From positions 248,001-312,000 of the forward strand of contig CP120464.1 of NCBI GenBank assembly GCA_034226945.1: a stretch of DNA of 64,000 nucleotides, given 5' to 3'. The translations under genes were made by a program, and so were the position numbers. The notes below the pieces were generated by a model. That model had not been told where the DNA came from and searched no databases. It worked only from the letters and a program-made list of their open reading frames with translations. This DNA is from Picochlorum sp. SENEW3. Lineage: Eukaryota. Position 1 is the stretch's first letter. Each line of letters opens with the position of its first letter. Shown here in pieces: positions 1 through 12,288 of this stretch.

Positions 1-508
1 GTCTCTTCGGAATCATGTGTTTCACTCAATGAAGGAAGCGTCACATGTGCGAATGGGTTCAGCGTCGAGGATTATGAACATGTCTCATGCTGCTCAGGAT
101 GCCCTATGGCATGCTATTCGGCAGGGGTCCTACGACGAATATGCCAAGGTATATGGTACTTTGGGATTCGAGTCACACGACGGGATTCTGGCTGCTGTAG
201 AAAGAGTTCCAGTCCGTATCATTGTATGTCGCGGGGCTGCTCTGACGATGAATTCAAGTTACGAGGACGTGTACATCTCGTCGAGATCCATGAATGATGG
301 TAGTGTAAAGGATTGTGTGTATGATATAGCAAGAGCATGGATGATGATGAAGAAGAATAAGACCATTGCTGAGAAGAATGAGGAGAGTGGCATGACAGGT
401 GTACAAATACAAGTTGGTGGGATTGGCATGCATGGGACAGAGCCCTTGTCCTACCTATGGCGAACCATGCACGCGCCAGACGGGTTTCTGTATATTTATG
501 TACATTGA
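1..508 (+). CDS. ATG5: Autophagy protein 5, C-terminal part (5'-truncated by window)
   Basis: Frame open from the window edge. The helix-rich 'SMKEASHVRMGSASRIMNMSHAAQDALWHAI', 'RVPVRI' and terminal 'PLSYLWRTMHAPDGFLYIYV' match ATG5. Confidence 0.8.
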   Translation, partial: SLRNHVFHSMKEASHVRMGSASRIMNMSHAAQDALWHAIRQGSYDEYAKVYGTLGFESHDGILAAVERVPVRIIVCRGAALTMNSSYEDVYISSRSMNDGSVKDCVYDIARAWMMMKKNKTIAEKNEESGMTGVQIQVGGIGMHGTEPLSYLWRTMHAPDGFLYIYVH

Positions 509-603
509 TTGTATTTAAAAAGTAGATCTTGTTTCTAATAATACATGTAACAATACGCTATGCTCGACACGGTATAGATATATCAATGTTGTGAATGAAT
601 GAA

Positions 604-2415
604 TCAGTCTTCCCTCTCGTTCATGTGTTCATACTCTGGGCCATCTCTCTGCGTTGCCACCTGCGGCGCACCATCTTTGGATGATGCTCCTGTCGACAAA
701 GCAGTAGAAGAAGAAGAAGATGGTGTGCTAGTATAACACACTGGACCTGCTCTCATTGGCGACGTTTCTGGCTTGTTTGGAACATAGTCTGGCTGCTTCT
801 GAAACGCCAATGATACCATGGCATTTGTATCATTATCTTTCCGGAGATGCTCCGGCACAAACGTCTTTCCAATAATCATATTCTGCTCATTCTGACTCGA
901 TGTATGCGAGCCATGATTGAGACTAACGTCTCGAATATTCTCCTTGTTAAAGGTGATTCTAAACGAGTGAACATCTTCAGACTCTGTTTGAATGGCACCC
1001 GTCTTCATATCAACCCTCCGAGGGACCAAGCGTTCCTCTACAAAATGTGCTACATTGAATCCACGGTCGGTCAAAATATCAATCAGCATGTCGACAGCCA
1101 AGTGAGACGACAAAAGAAGAGGATGGCGTGATCTGTATTCTGCATGCCCAGCCATACTGCATTGTTTCAAAACGGGCATGATTTCCATATCAATAAGACT
1201 GATAATGTCTGTGAACATCTTATAATGCTTTTTGCAGTACAAGTCTAGTCGGAAGACGAGTCTCTGTCGAGCCACGCGCACCAAGTCTCTGGCCAATGGC
1301 AAATGGCGGATGGCTGCATAGGTCTTTTCATCCAAATCCAAGCTCGACTGGTATCTCAGTTCCCTCACAATCTGGGATCGACAGTCTTGTAATGATCCCA
1401 TGGCATCAATCAAAGAAAACGGAAAGTATGATTTCAGTCTCAAAATGGTATTGTAATGTGCCTTGAAGACTTGGTATCGCCTCCTACACAATGCCTCATT
1501 CACATCAGTAGCCCTCACATTCCATACATCCCCTGTCCCGGCATCTCGCACACGTTCATTGTGTAAAGATGTAAGTTCTGCTCTCTTCATCTGTCTTTTC
1601 ACGCTTTCCTTCTCATCCACATACAATATGACAACCTTGAAGGATGGCCTTGGTGACCTCCACTCATCTGCAGAGTCTGCATTCCGAGCATGCCGATCCA
1701 TCAATTTATCATACAGTAACTTGACAAAGTCTACCTGTGTCGCTGTACGGGGAAATCCATCAATCACCAGACCGGCACCATCATTCACCTCTGGATTCAA
1801 AATAGCATCCAACAATGCATCCAGCACCATGGCATCAGGCACCAGCTCCCCCCTATCAACATATGACTTGATTTCCGGAGAATCAAGTAACTGCGACATA
1901 CCAACACTCCTCGAAAGACCCCTCGACTTCATGATAAACGGCACATTCGTCCCCTTTCCAGACCCTGGCGCCCCATTCAACCACACAATTTCCCTCGGAC
2001 ACACATATCTCTCGCCCAACCGCTGCTCCATAGACTTCCAACATGCATCGAAAATCAATTGCGCCTTTAACCGTGTCTGCTCTCTCGCAGACAGAGTAGG
2101 CCCGGCCTGAGCAGCATCCTGAATATCCCTGGCATTGCCAGCTTGCTCGGACAAGGAAGCACCCTGGTCCATGTTCACCTGTTCTTGCTGCATGCACCCC
2201 ATCGTCCGCCCTATAAACCTACGACTATCTACTATAAATTCATTGCTACGACGAAGAACCCCATCAGCCTCTGCCCCAACACCGCCCCCTAGGCTCCCAA
2301 CCACCTGCCCTAGAGCGTTGCCAGTAATAACCGACGCTGGCGTCCCAGCCCTACTGACCCCTCCAGCCACACTCCAACCGCGTCGCGTTGCACGTAAAAT
2401 GAAATTTATACGCAT
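604..2415 (-). CDS. Adenylate/nucleoside-monophosphate kinase with long C-terminal extension, probable organellar presequence
   Basis: P-loop LNGAPGSGKGT, GELVPD and VIDGFPRT motifs. First ATG at 2415, followed by an Arg-rich N-terminus. Confidence 0.85.
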   Translation of the reverse strand: MRINFILRATRRGWSVAGGVSRAGTPASVITGNALGQVVGSLGGGVGAEADGVLRRSNEFIVDSRRFIGRTMGCMQQEQVNMDQGASLSEQAGNARDIQDAAQAGPTLSAREQTRLKAQLIFDACWKSMEQRLGERYVCPREIVWLNGAPGSGKGTNVPFIMKSRGLSRSVGMSQLLDSPEIKSYVDRGELVPDAMVLDALLDAILNPEVNDGAGLVIDGFPRTATQVDFVKLLYDKLMDRHARNADSADEWRSPRPSFKVVILYVDEKESVKRQMKRAELTSLHNERVRDAGTGDVWNVRATDVNEALCRRRYQVFKAHYNTILRLKSYFPFSLIDAMGSLQDCRSQIVRELRYQSSLDLDEKTYAAIRHLPLARDLVRVARQRLVFRLDLYCKKHYKMFTDIISLIDMEIMPVLKQCSMAGHAEYRSRHPLLLSSHLAVDMLIDILTDRGFNVAHFVEERLVPRRVDMKTGAIQTESEDVHSFRITFNKENIRDVSLNHGSHTSSQNEQNMIIGKTFVPEHLRKDNDTNAMVSLAFQKQPDYVPNKPETSPMRAGPVCYTSTPSSSSSTALSTGASSKDGAPQVATQRDGPEYEHMNERED

Positions 2416-2786
2416 GTTATATTCAATATTATCCTCAAACCCCAAGGGTATAGCTCATTTCATGTTCCTAGCGTTAGTCGCTGATCACACGCTTGCGCAT
2501 TCGTGGTCAAACAACGCTTTTTGCTTCTTTGCCCACAGACACACGAGTCCGCGTTCGGAGTCGAAAATATACAGATTTATACATTATAAATTGCCATGTG
2601 TTGCTCAATACATGAGTATTCACTGTCCCAAGAATACCTGTCCAGTTCCGTAAAAGGGTATATAAAATGCAGCCCGGAACGAGCTTACCCACGATGCAAA
2701 TCCAAGACACGAGGTGCTATTCTAGCTTATATCGATTTCTGACATTATAGATTATGAGTAGATAGTCCTGGTATACTGGTGTGGTG

Positions 2787-5700
2787 ATGATGGTGTCAAA
2801 GGTAGAGAGTGCTGGGAACAGTGGAGTTGGTGGTGGTGTCAGGAAGGCTGCTGCTGTTATTGATGTCAGTGCTGGGTTGCTGGAAAAAGTTCGAGTGGCA
2901 TGCTGCTGGGATGCAAGGGTGGCTGGTATTGATGAGATTGGTTCTGGGGTGTCGACAAAGAGAGAAGGTGGACGGATGGGGAAGCAGTTTGATAAGATGG
3001 AACAGGCATTGCTGATGTGTATAGAGGAGGTCCAGGGGCAAGGATTTGGTTGGGAGGATGTAAAGGAGTCTGTGGGTTCTGTGCTGCGTGAGTATTTGTT
3101 TGGTGATGTGGTGGATCCAAAGAGGAAGGAATATTTGTTGTATGAAGTGCATGGGACACAGAGGAGTGCGTCGAGTTTGGCAGGAGTGCTGTCCATGTTG
3201 GTGATGAACGAGTTGTTGTGCAAGCTTTCGCGGGAAGAGTTGCCATCGTATTACGCAGATTTAGCAAAAACTTTGGATCAAGCCCGGGTGAAACAGGTGT
3301 ACAAGGCTCCGAAGAGAGCAGTTGCTGCTGCTCCTGCTGCTCCAGAGAGCAAGGATGTGGTGGACGAGGAGATGGAACGACACAGAGAAGAATTGGAACG
3401 GGAAAAAGAAGCTAAAATTAAAGTGGAGAAGGAGAAGGAATGGAATGAGAGCAAGGCGTGGATATTGCAGCAGGCATACGATGACGATGACTCCAGCATG
3501 GATGAGGAGGAATCTTCTTCTGATGGTGGCAGTGTCGAAGATTGGGAAATTTGGGGTGATCCAGAGGAAATTGAACGTAAGAGAGCCGAGAGATCTCGGG
3601 AAAAACTATCGCGGGAGGACAAAATTGCCATCATTGCCCATGATATGTTTCATGCAAAACAGCATGCTGCCAAGGCCAAGGCCAATGGGGACAAAGCTGG
3701 ACAGAAGGAAGCAGGTGCCATCATAGGGAAGTTACGGAGGGAAATGAAAGAATTGGAGATCGGTGATGGGGATTTGGAGCTGCTCTATCCTTCTGAGGGC
3801 GCTGCTGTCAATGACCAACAGGCTCCTTTGCAGACTGAGCCACAGGCATCAGAGGAGGAAGAAGAGGAATTTCAGATTGATATGTTTGACCCTAATATGG
3901 ATGAACCGGATCAACCGACAAAGAAAAGGCTGAATACTGCCTATTTGTCAATTATATCGAATCAAAAATTGCGTGATTCAATCAGGAGTAAAAAGGAGAA
4001 GAGCAACAAGAAGAAGAATACTCAGCAGAAAGAAATTGTAAAGAAGCATCCTAAAGCAGTGTTACAACAGGCCATGCAGAAGGAAGGATGGAGTGCTCCA
4101 AGATTCGAAAAGCTACCCAATGGAGGGGAGAGAAATGCCCAAGGACCACAGTATCGTTTTCAAATATTTATTGATGTCAGACAGTCAAAGCATAGAAGGC
4201 ACAGCATGAGGATTGGAACTCACAAATTTTCCTTGGAGCCACAGTTGGATGGTTGGGACACCATACAGATGGCACAGGATGCGTGTGCAACCAAGGCGTT
4301 GATGGATCTCTATGGGAATTCAACAGAAATAGAATGGGAGCTGCTGAAGGAGCCCTTTGATGAGTTGCTTTTGGAGATTGCAGAGTTCCAGGATGTGGCA
4401 CCTGCATACGCCGAGGATGGACAGAAGAGGGAAGAATTTGTCTCTACTCTTATGAAATCGTTTTCCGGAGCTTTGAGTACATTAGATGAAGATGATGACG
4501 ATGATACAAGCCATTTGAGGAAGACTGCCTTGCTCGATCAGACCATTGCTTCAAGCATTGAAAGAAAGAAGTTCCAATTGAAAGGGTCCAAACAATTGAG
4601 TGAAAGAATGCTGGGCCAATTTCAGGAATGGATTCGGTCAGAGACTGGTTCATACTGGATGGAGAAAAGAAATTCCCTGCCAGTGTTGCAAATACATGAC
4701 GACCTTCTCAAATCTTTGGACACACGTGATGTCGTTCTTGTGAGTGGTGAAACTGGAAGTGGAAAGACTACCCAAGTACCTCAGATGGTTCTGGATGGCT
4801 GTATTCAATCACTTTCAGGGGCTGAATGTAACATTGTGTGCACCCAGCCTCGTAGAATTGCTGCAATAAGTGTTGCAGAAAGGGTTTCAGAGGAGAGAGG
4901 AGAGGCAGGTCCTGGGACAAGGGGTTCTGTTGTTGGATATTCCGTCAGGTTTGACTCGAAAAATACTGCTGAAACTCGGCTGGAATTCTGTACCACAGGA
5001 ATTCTGCTTCGGAGGCTGTCATCTGATCCAGCACTGGTGAAGTTTTCCCATGTAATCGTAGATGAAGTTCATGAGCGATCAGTGCAAAGTGACTTTTTGA
5101 TAGCCATGCTTCGAGATCTAGTTCAAAAAGAAGGAGCTTTAGGGATGCCTTTGAAAGTCATTCTGATGTCTGCCACAATGAACACAGAGATGGTTGCTGA
5201 TTATTTTTCAGGTTGTCCTATTCTCAGTGCCTCCGGTAGAACATTCCCGGTGAAACATTTATTTTTGGAGGATATCTATGAGATGACGAATTATGTATTG
5301 GATTCAGACTCGCCCGCAAGTCTGCGAGAGGGGCAGATGTCAAGAGTTCAGCAAAAGAAGTTGGAAAACTCTGCTGGGTCTAAGAATAAGGCCTTGATCA
5401 AAGGAAATTGGGGTGATCAGAATGATGATATTATTCTCAATCCACATTTCAACCATGAATTATATGATGAATATAGGTATGTCGACAGAGCATTGTGACA
5501 AATGCTTTTTGTGTGTGACTCTGATATCATGCATTCTTACAGTGTCTCAACATTACGGAACCTGGCCAAGGTGAATGAGGAAAGGATTGATATGGACTTA
5601 TTGGAACATGTTGTGCTATATATCCACGAGACCCAGGATCCAGGTGCTATATTGGTTTTCGTTCCTGGAATGGCTGAAATTGACAATCTGAGCAGGAGGC

Positions 5701-7351
5701 TTTCATCGCAGAGAATGCTGCAGAGCCATGTCATTGTACCCCTGCACAGCTCAATTTCGCCCAAAGATCAGAAACGAGCCTTCAAAGTCCATCCTCCAGG
5801 CATTCGAAAAATTGTAATATCGACGAATATTGCGGAAACGTCTGTTACTATTGAGGATATTGTGTATGTCGTAGACACAGGGAAACTGAAAGAGCGACGA
5901 TATGATGCATCCAGGTCCATGTCCATGCTCATCGAAGACAGTGTCTCTGTTGCAAATGCAAACCAAAGGAAAGGAAGAGCAGGGAGAGTCAGAGAAGGGA
6001 CCTGCTATTCCCTCTACACTAGAGCGTGTTTCGAAGGAAGAATGAAGAAATACCAGGTATGGCCATCATTTTCGTATTCTGCCATTACAACATCATTATT
6101 ACTCTGGTCTGACTTAACATTGCCATCATGCAGACTCCTGAGATCATGCGAGTGCCTTTGGAAGAAATGATACTACAAATTCATAATCTCAAATTGAGCG
6201 ATACAGCTGATCAATTTTTGTCAAGAGTATTACAGCCACCACTGAAAAAGGCTGTGCAAGGGGCAATCCATGCACTAGTGCAGGCAGGAGCTTTGACCAA
6301 ACAAGAAGATTTAACGCCATTAGGTACGATTTTTATCAATGTGGTCCAAACTTCGAGTGATATCAATATTTCTGATCATCGTTTTTTCCTTACAGGGAGC
6401 CATCTTGCTCAGTTGCCAGTGGACATCAATATTGGCAAAATTTTAATCATGGGCTCTTTACTGCACTGCCTATCACCGGTGTTGAGCATTGCCGCGTGCC
6501 TATCCCATAAATCACCCTTTATATCCATTCAAGACAGAGATGAGATGAAAGCTGTTGCCTCGCCATTCTTATCCAAAGAGAGAAAGTGCATTGCATCTGA
6601 GCAGCAATCAGATCACCTGGTGCTGGCAGCAGCACTGCAAGGCTGGATTGATGCAAACGCCTATAGCGGGAAATCGTCGGCGATAAAGTATGCCGGCAAG
6701 TTCAAAATGAGTGTACAAAATATTAACATAATCATGGAAATGAGGGAGCAGTTTGCAACAATGTTGGAAGACATTGGGCTGGCACAAAGGCCTGGCCCTG
6801 GGCAAGACTCTTCTGGCTTTCGGTGGTATGATTCGGACAAATGCCCACAGAATCTTCATAAATCATCTCCTTCTATTCTGAGATCTGTTTTGGTAGCTTC
6901 GCTTTATCCCAGAGTTGGTTTGATGGACCAAGTGATTCCTGGAAGCTCCCCGACATGGCATGATGGAAATGGTCCAGTTGCCATCCACCCATCATCGATT
7001 TTGTCATCTCTCTCAGCAGGATCTTTTCAGCAACCCTTTTTGGTGTATAGTGAGAAAATGAAGACATCCAAAGTCTTCCTCAGAGATTGTTCCGTGGCCT
7101 CCCCATTGTCCATATTGTTGTTTGGGAGGCATGTCCATATCGATCACAAGAGCAGTCAGGTACTTGTCGATGGTTGGATTCGGATCAAAGTTGCAGGACG
7201 TTGTGCAGCAATACTCTTTAAGATTCGGGAACGGTTAGATTCGGTCTTACAAGCTCGGGTCAAAGAGAACCAAAACATGACCAAAGGTGAAACACAACTC
7301 GTCATGGAACTTGTAGCCAACCTTTTGGAGCAAGAGCAACTAACTGGTTGA
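2787..7351 (+). CDS. DExH-box RNA helicase (DHX29/DHX57/plant DExH7-like), 4 exons
   Basis: GETGSGKT, TQPRRIAA, DEVHER, MSAT, STNIAETSVT and QRKGRAGR, plus HA2/OB-fold region and a dsRBD-like segment. GT-AG introns 5477-5542, 6057-6133 and 6324-6395 join the three ORFs. Confidence 0.93.
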
Positions 7352-7447
7352 CTGTTGATTCTAAATATGACGATTATAATTGCAAAAGACAGAAATACCT
7401 CATCAAATGACAGTTCGCATATACAGAGTGGGATTCATTCATTTCTT

Positions 7448-8466
7448 CTATAGTGAATGCTCATTATCATGTCCCATGGCCAGGCCAGCTCTGTTGATGA
7501 TATCTCTTACAGTGTCGGCGAGATTGCCATCATGCCGACTAACCGCATTCTCTTCATTCAATGGCACATCCATGAGACTGTCCAGGATGGTGACAGACAC
7601 GAATCCCTGGCTGAGAGCATGATGATCAGTCCCTGGAGTACTATCCTGAATATGCCTAAAGTTCACATGCTTGAATGCGCGAATAGTAACGCGACCCATA
7701 TGTATCTCTGAATCTTTATGAGAATTTTGCTCTGCAAAATCAGGTTCGGACTCGGCCTCGATGAGATCACTTGTGCTACAATGTCTACCCTGACGACACA
7801 ACCGAAAGCCCTGGATGACAGTGCCATCATCCACTCCTGGAATATTCACATTCAGTACAATCCTATGGAGCTCTTTAGGAACGCGCGAGTTGACCCCTTC
7901 GTGAATATGTAATACTTCTTTGGTCAAAGCAACGGCATACTCTGCTGCAACCTTGTACTGTTCTACTGAGCGAGCAGCATAGTTGTCAATGGAAAAGGCA
8001 AGCGCAGGATACCCATGGTGAGCTGCTTCTCTCGCAGCTCCAACCGTCCCTGAATACACTACATGAACCCCCGCATTATCTCCCCTATTGATCCCACTAA
8101 TCACCAGATCAAAGTCTTTTGTGGACAGCAGCTGTGACCGCAGGGCCACAATAATACTATCAGCTGGAGTTCCGTCAACAGCAAATGCCTCCTCTGCCCC
8201 ATTAACTTGGATTTCAAAAGCATGAACATGCTTTGTCACTGTATCAATACGCAAAGGATTCATCAGAACGTGAGAAATATGTGCTTGGCACAGTGGCAGG
8301 AAAAGCACCCACCTGATATCGCATTCGATTGTGCACTTCGCTCACCGAATGGACCACAAACGAACACTTTACAGAACGATTGATCTATAAATTCCTTTAC
8401 AAGCGCCTGTAATCCAGGTGCAGAAACACCATCGTCATTACTGATTAGAATTTTTGGAACGCGCAT
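7448..8466 (-). CDS. surE: SurE-family 5'/3'-nucleotidase, 2 exons
   Basis: ILISNDDG, GTPADS, SGINRGDN, YSGTVGAARE and LNVNIP motifs. Intron 8239-8312 restores the frame. Confidence 0.92.
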
Positions 8467-8510
8467 TGTCCTTTCAAACTCAATAATTTTACAATATACG
8501 AGACGATATA

Positions 8511-10058
8511 CTATGCATCTTCTTCAGAATTATGTTTCCTATTCATTTGTTGCTGCTGGGAGAACAGGGATAACTTTCCATCCACCTGCTGGGCATCATC
8601 TGCAGCAGAATAACGTAATGAACCTCGGGCTGTCTCGTACACTTTCAACCCTGGCATGGGAGGAGGGCCAGGATTCGATTTCAGAGCCTTGAGCAAGTAT
8701 GGAGGGAGTGACCTGGACAAGGTAGTCTTGTTGACCCGGGTTCTGCATAGATTGTCAACATATTCATCAGTCTCATCAACAATCTCATCTCCCAAGAGTT
8801 CTTCCAAGACATCTTCTATTGTAATAATTCCGATCGCGACGACATCTTCTCCTTTAAAATCGATGGCGTACAATTCTTCCATTTCACTCATGATACTTCT
8901 GACACTACTGGAGGAGGTGGAGGAGGTGCTGCTTGGTTGGGTGCTTGCTCGAAATCTCTTGAAGGACCTTGCTGAAAGCCCTCTGTTCATGGCATCATCT
9001 TCGTCCGATGAATCAAACAACGAGTCATCATCATCACTACCGTATTCTCTTTGAAGAACGTCAAACATGTCAATCGCAATATCTGGAGGTATGTACTCTT
9101 GCTTTGCTGTAATAGCGTCAAGAGTGGGCTGTGTCAACACAGCCATATGTGTTCTCCCAGTTTTAAAGAGCCGCAGCATATCATACATTGGAGTTTCCGC
9201 CAACAAATGAGGAATATGCCTGATTTTTAGCGATGATATTTCCTGGTTTGCGTTTGGATCGACAAGGATGAGTTCTTTGACCAACACAATACCAATAATC
9301 CTTGTCCTGTCCCCCTTGGCATGCACTAAAATCCTACTGTGACCAGACTTTAAAATAGACTCTAACACCTCACTATTTAGCACTGTATCAATTGATACCA
9401 TGAATACCATATCGAGCGGTGTCATGGCTGCTCGTGCACGCTTGTGTGTCAAATCCAATGCGCCCTTGATAATAGTCACCTCTTCAGTTGACAAATTACC
9501 TCCATAATTTTTGTTTGCATCATGCAAATCCACGAAAGTCTTCAATTGAGTTCTTCTAAATAAAGCAGAATTTCTCGGTCCTAACAGAATGTCTAGTATT
9601 GCGGCTATGGGCGTGGAGAGTGGTGTTGTTATCACCAGCAATACCCTCACCAGTGGTGAGAAGAAGGCTCCAATCGTCAGCCCATGATTCGTACACAAAG
9701 CTTGCGGGATGATTTCACCAAACATGAGAACTACTGTCACAGATAATATGACTGCTGTAATAGGATCTGTGATCCGATCCAAAACTAAAGGCAAAGCCTC
9801 TGCAGCAATGGCATTCCACACAACCAACGTCACAAGCAGCTTGTGAGGCTTTGCGATCAAGGGCTTGATCTTTTCTGCAGATTTTTTCTCGCTCGTTTTG
9901 CCACTTGTCACCAAAATTTCCATCTCCACATCATCCAAGGACATGAGTCCCAGGGTGAGCCCAGACATGATGCCTGCCATGAGCACGAGTCCCATGGCAG
10001 AAAGCAAAAAGACAAGATATTGTGCATCTGTCAAATCCTCAACATCTTTTCGCTTCAT
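8511..10058 (-). CDS. CNNM/DUF21 + CBS-pair metal (Mg2+) transporter-like protein
   Basis: AGIMSGLTLGLMSLD, FGEIIPQA, GHSRI and GIITIEDVLEELLGDEIVDETD, with hydrophobic N-terminal helices. Confidence 0.92.
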   Translation of the reverse strand: MKRKDVEDLTDAQYLVFLLSAMGLVLMAGIMSGLTLGLMSLDDVEMEILVTSGKTSEKKSAEKIKPLIAKPHKLLVTLVVWNAIAAEALPLVLDRITDPITAVILSVTVVLMFGEIIPQALCTNHGLTIGAFFSPLVRVLLVITTPLSTPIAAILDILLGPRNSALFRRTQLKTFVDLHDANKNYGGNLSTEEVTIIKGALDLTHKRARAAMTPLDMVFMVSIDTVLNSEVLESILKSGHSRILVHAKGDRTRIIGIVLVKELILVDPNANQEISSLKIRHIPHLLAETPMYDMLRLFKTGRTHMAVLTQPTLDAITAKQEYIPPDIAIDMFDVLQREYGSDDDDSLFDSSDEDDAMNRGLSARSFKRFRASTQPSSTSSTSSSSVRSIMSEMEELYAIDFKGEDVVAIGIITIEDVLEELLGDEIVDETDEYVDNLCRTRVNKTTLSRSLPPYLLKALKSNPGPPPMPGLKVYETARGSLRYSAADDAQQVDGKLSLFSQQQQMNRKHNSEEDA

Positions 10059-10844
10059 CCTACAGTATGTTTATATAATTATAAAATCAGTGGATCCATC
10101 GCGGATGAGCAAAGCAGTCTACGATACGTACAATGCGTGGTAACTCCCAAGGGCCAGCCCCACAGCACTTGGAACCATGGACACCATGAGAGTCTCTCTC
10201 GTCAAGCACTGTGACTATTCTTCTCACTGATAAATTCGTATAGCACTCGGTGGATATTCAAAAGACGTGTCGTGCCTGAAATCCGACAAAGAACAGCCGT
10301 TTCTTTTGTATCACACAAACAACTCCCCAAGAAGAAGAAATTTGTGCATGCGACAACCAACGCGTGTTGATTCGCCTTACTTCACCGATCACGATGGTTC
10401 TTGTTTAAATTGGTTTCTGTAAAAGGTATTTCTCCGATTGGATACTGAATCAATCGTAAGACGTACACAGTAGTCGCGTTGAATTTTGAACGACTCAGAT
10501 ACCTCCACTGAGAGACTGTACCTCTCGCATCCCCCGCACAGGGCCATTAAATTGCATTCTTGTCATTATTTTTCCAGTCAGTCCGTAACAATGCCGACAT
10601 CAGGTAAGATTCCAAGAAGATTCCATTCTCGGAGGGAATTTGGGCGCCTCTTCCGTATAAAGTAGATTAAAAAAGTCTGTCGACTGTCGACTGTGGGCAG
10701 TCGAACCCCAACGGAAGACCGAACTCGACAGGAGTGGTTCATGGCAGTTATTCGATCGATATCGACTCTCAGAAGACATTCTGTTATATTCAGAATATTG
10801 TGGAATATTGAGTAGTGTAGTTGTTGCTAAAAAGACGAAGAGGG

Positions 10845-12187
10845 ATGATTTCATCATCGAGTGGTCAGTCCACGCCCATCCTGGCTGGGAGTCCCCAGAA
10901 GCAGCAGCAACGTCCATCTTTTTTCTCTAGTCCCCAAAAGTCAGTGATGCAGAGTCCTACTCGTGGCATGCTGATGGGGGATATTGAACATCGTAAAGGT
11001 GAGGATCGTGTCTGTATGAGGGTGATGTGCCCACCAGCGCGCATCTGTGTGCTCATCTACTATGTTAATAATATGCAAGTGCAGGAAGCCAGAGATGGTC
11101 CGTGGCAGACAGGGTGATTTCGTTGGGACAGTTGGTATCTGGAGTGTTCATGATTTTGCTTTCGATGAGATATGCGTACAGATTCACGGAGATGACTGGG
11201 ATATTCCTGGGTGGTTTGATCACAGCATCTGGATTTGTGGGGTATCTTGGAGGAATGAAGAGAAACTCCAACCTTGTCAATGCGCAGCTCGTGGCATCTA
11301 TTGTTGGTATTCTGCTGGCATTCCAGTTCATGAGTGAAGTCTCTAGGGATGCTCAGGTGGATTGTGCTCTGGCAGAATTGTACCATAAGGGAAAGAAGAC
11401 AGAGGCTGCACTGAGGGATACCCAGGGGCTGGAGACCATGCAGGCAGTTTTCAACACGCTTGCAGAGATGCAGGACTCTATCGCCATGGTCAAGGAAGAT
11501 GCGGTTAATATGATAGAGCTTCGTAAAGAGCAGAATAATTTGAAGTTTACTGATTTGAACTACATTCGTGCCAAGGTGAGCATGGTGAAGAAGCATGCAG
11601 AGGAGGTGTTGGGCAGCGTCCTGAATAATGATGAGGTTAGTCCTGACGCGATCGCCAAAATGCCAGAAAGTGAAAAGGCATCTTTGAGAAAAAAGTTGGA
11701 TATGGCTGACAAGGTGTTGGAGAAGATTACCAAGGCTCATGAGGAGGGAACTCAGGATATGAGTATTGAGGAATACAGGGAGATTTTGCTCGCACTCACA
11801 GATGCTTCTGTGGTGCCTGAGAAGGCTCAAAATCCAGAACTGAGACAAGCAATGGCTGAACTTCCAAATATGGAGGCTGCTTTGGATAGAAAGAAGAATA
11901 ATGCATATGGTGCATTGATGGTTGGCAATGCAGGTCAGCAAGTGAAACGGGCAGAGATGAAACAGATGGAGCGCAGTAAAAGATTCGAAAACCAGTTTTC
12001 AAAATATCTGCAGAAATCTGCATCACGAGGATTGGATTTTGTTGCGGACTTACCGGAGCATTGCGTGCGTGAGACCGCTGGAGAAGAATTGATCATGCTT
12101 TCAGGATTTGCCATGATGCTGCTGCAGTTTGCTGCAGTATACGTCAGTTTATCATTTACTGTTCGTTTGCCAACAAAAGCTGATTAA
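10845..12187 (+). CDS. Hypothetical membrane protein (3 N-terminal TM + long coiled-coil loop + C-terminal TM), 2 exons
   Basis: Exon 10845-10998 splices (gtgagg...tgcag, 10999-11084) in frame into ORF 11102-12187. Topology from the hydropathy pattern; family not recognised. Confidence 0.65.
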
Positions 12188-12288
12188 TGCGCAAGCTTTT
12201 GTTCGATAATGTATATGTAATGATTTCGTTATTCAATTATTCGTATAATAGATTAGTCGTACAAGTCATTCCTTCTTTCATGATTCCA

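Noticed and set aside
11060..11941. Long antisense or alternative-frame ORFs (also 1463-2110, 16813-17484, 26113-26763, 50607-51344, 57909-58652)
   Set aside because: Shadows of well-supported genes, with no recognisable motifs.
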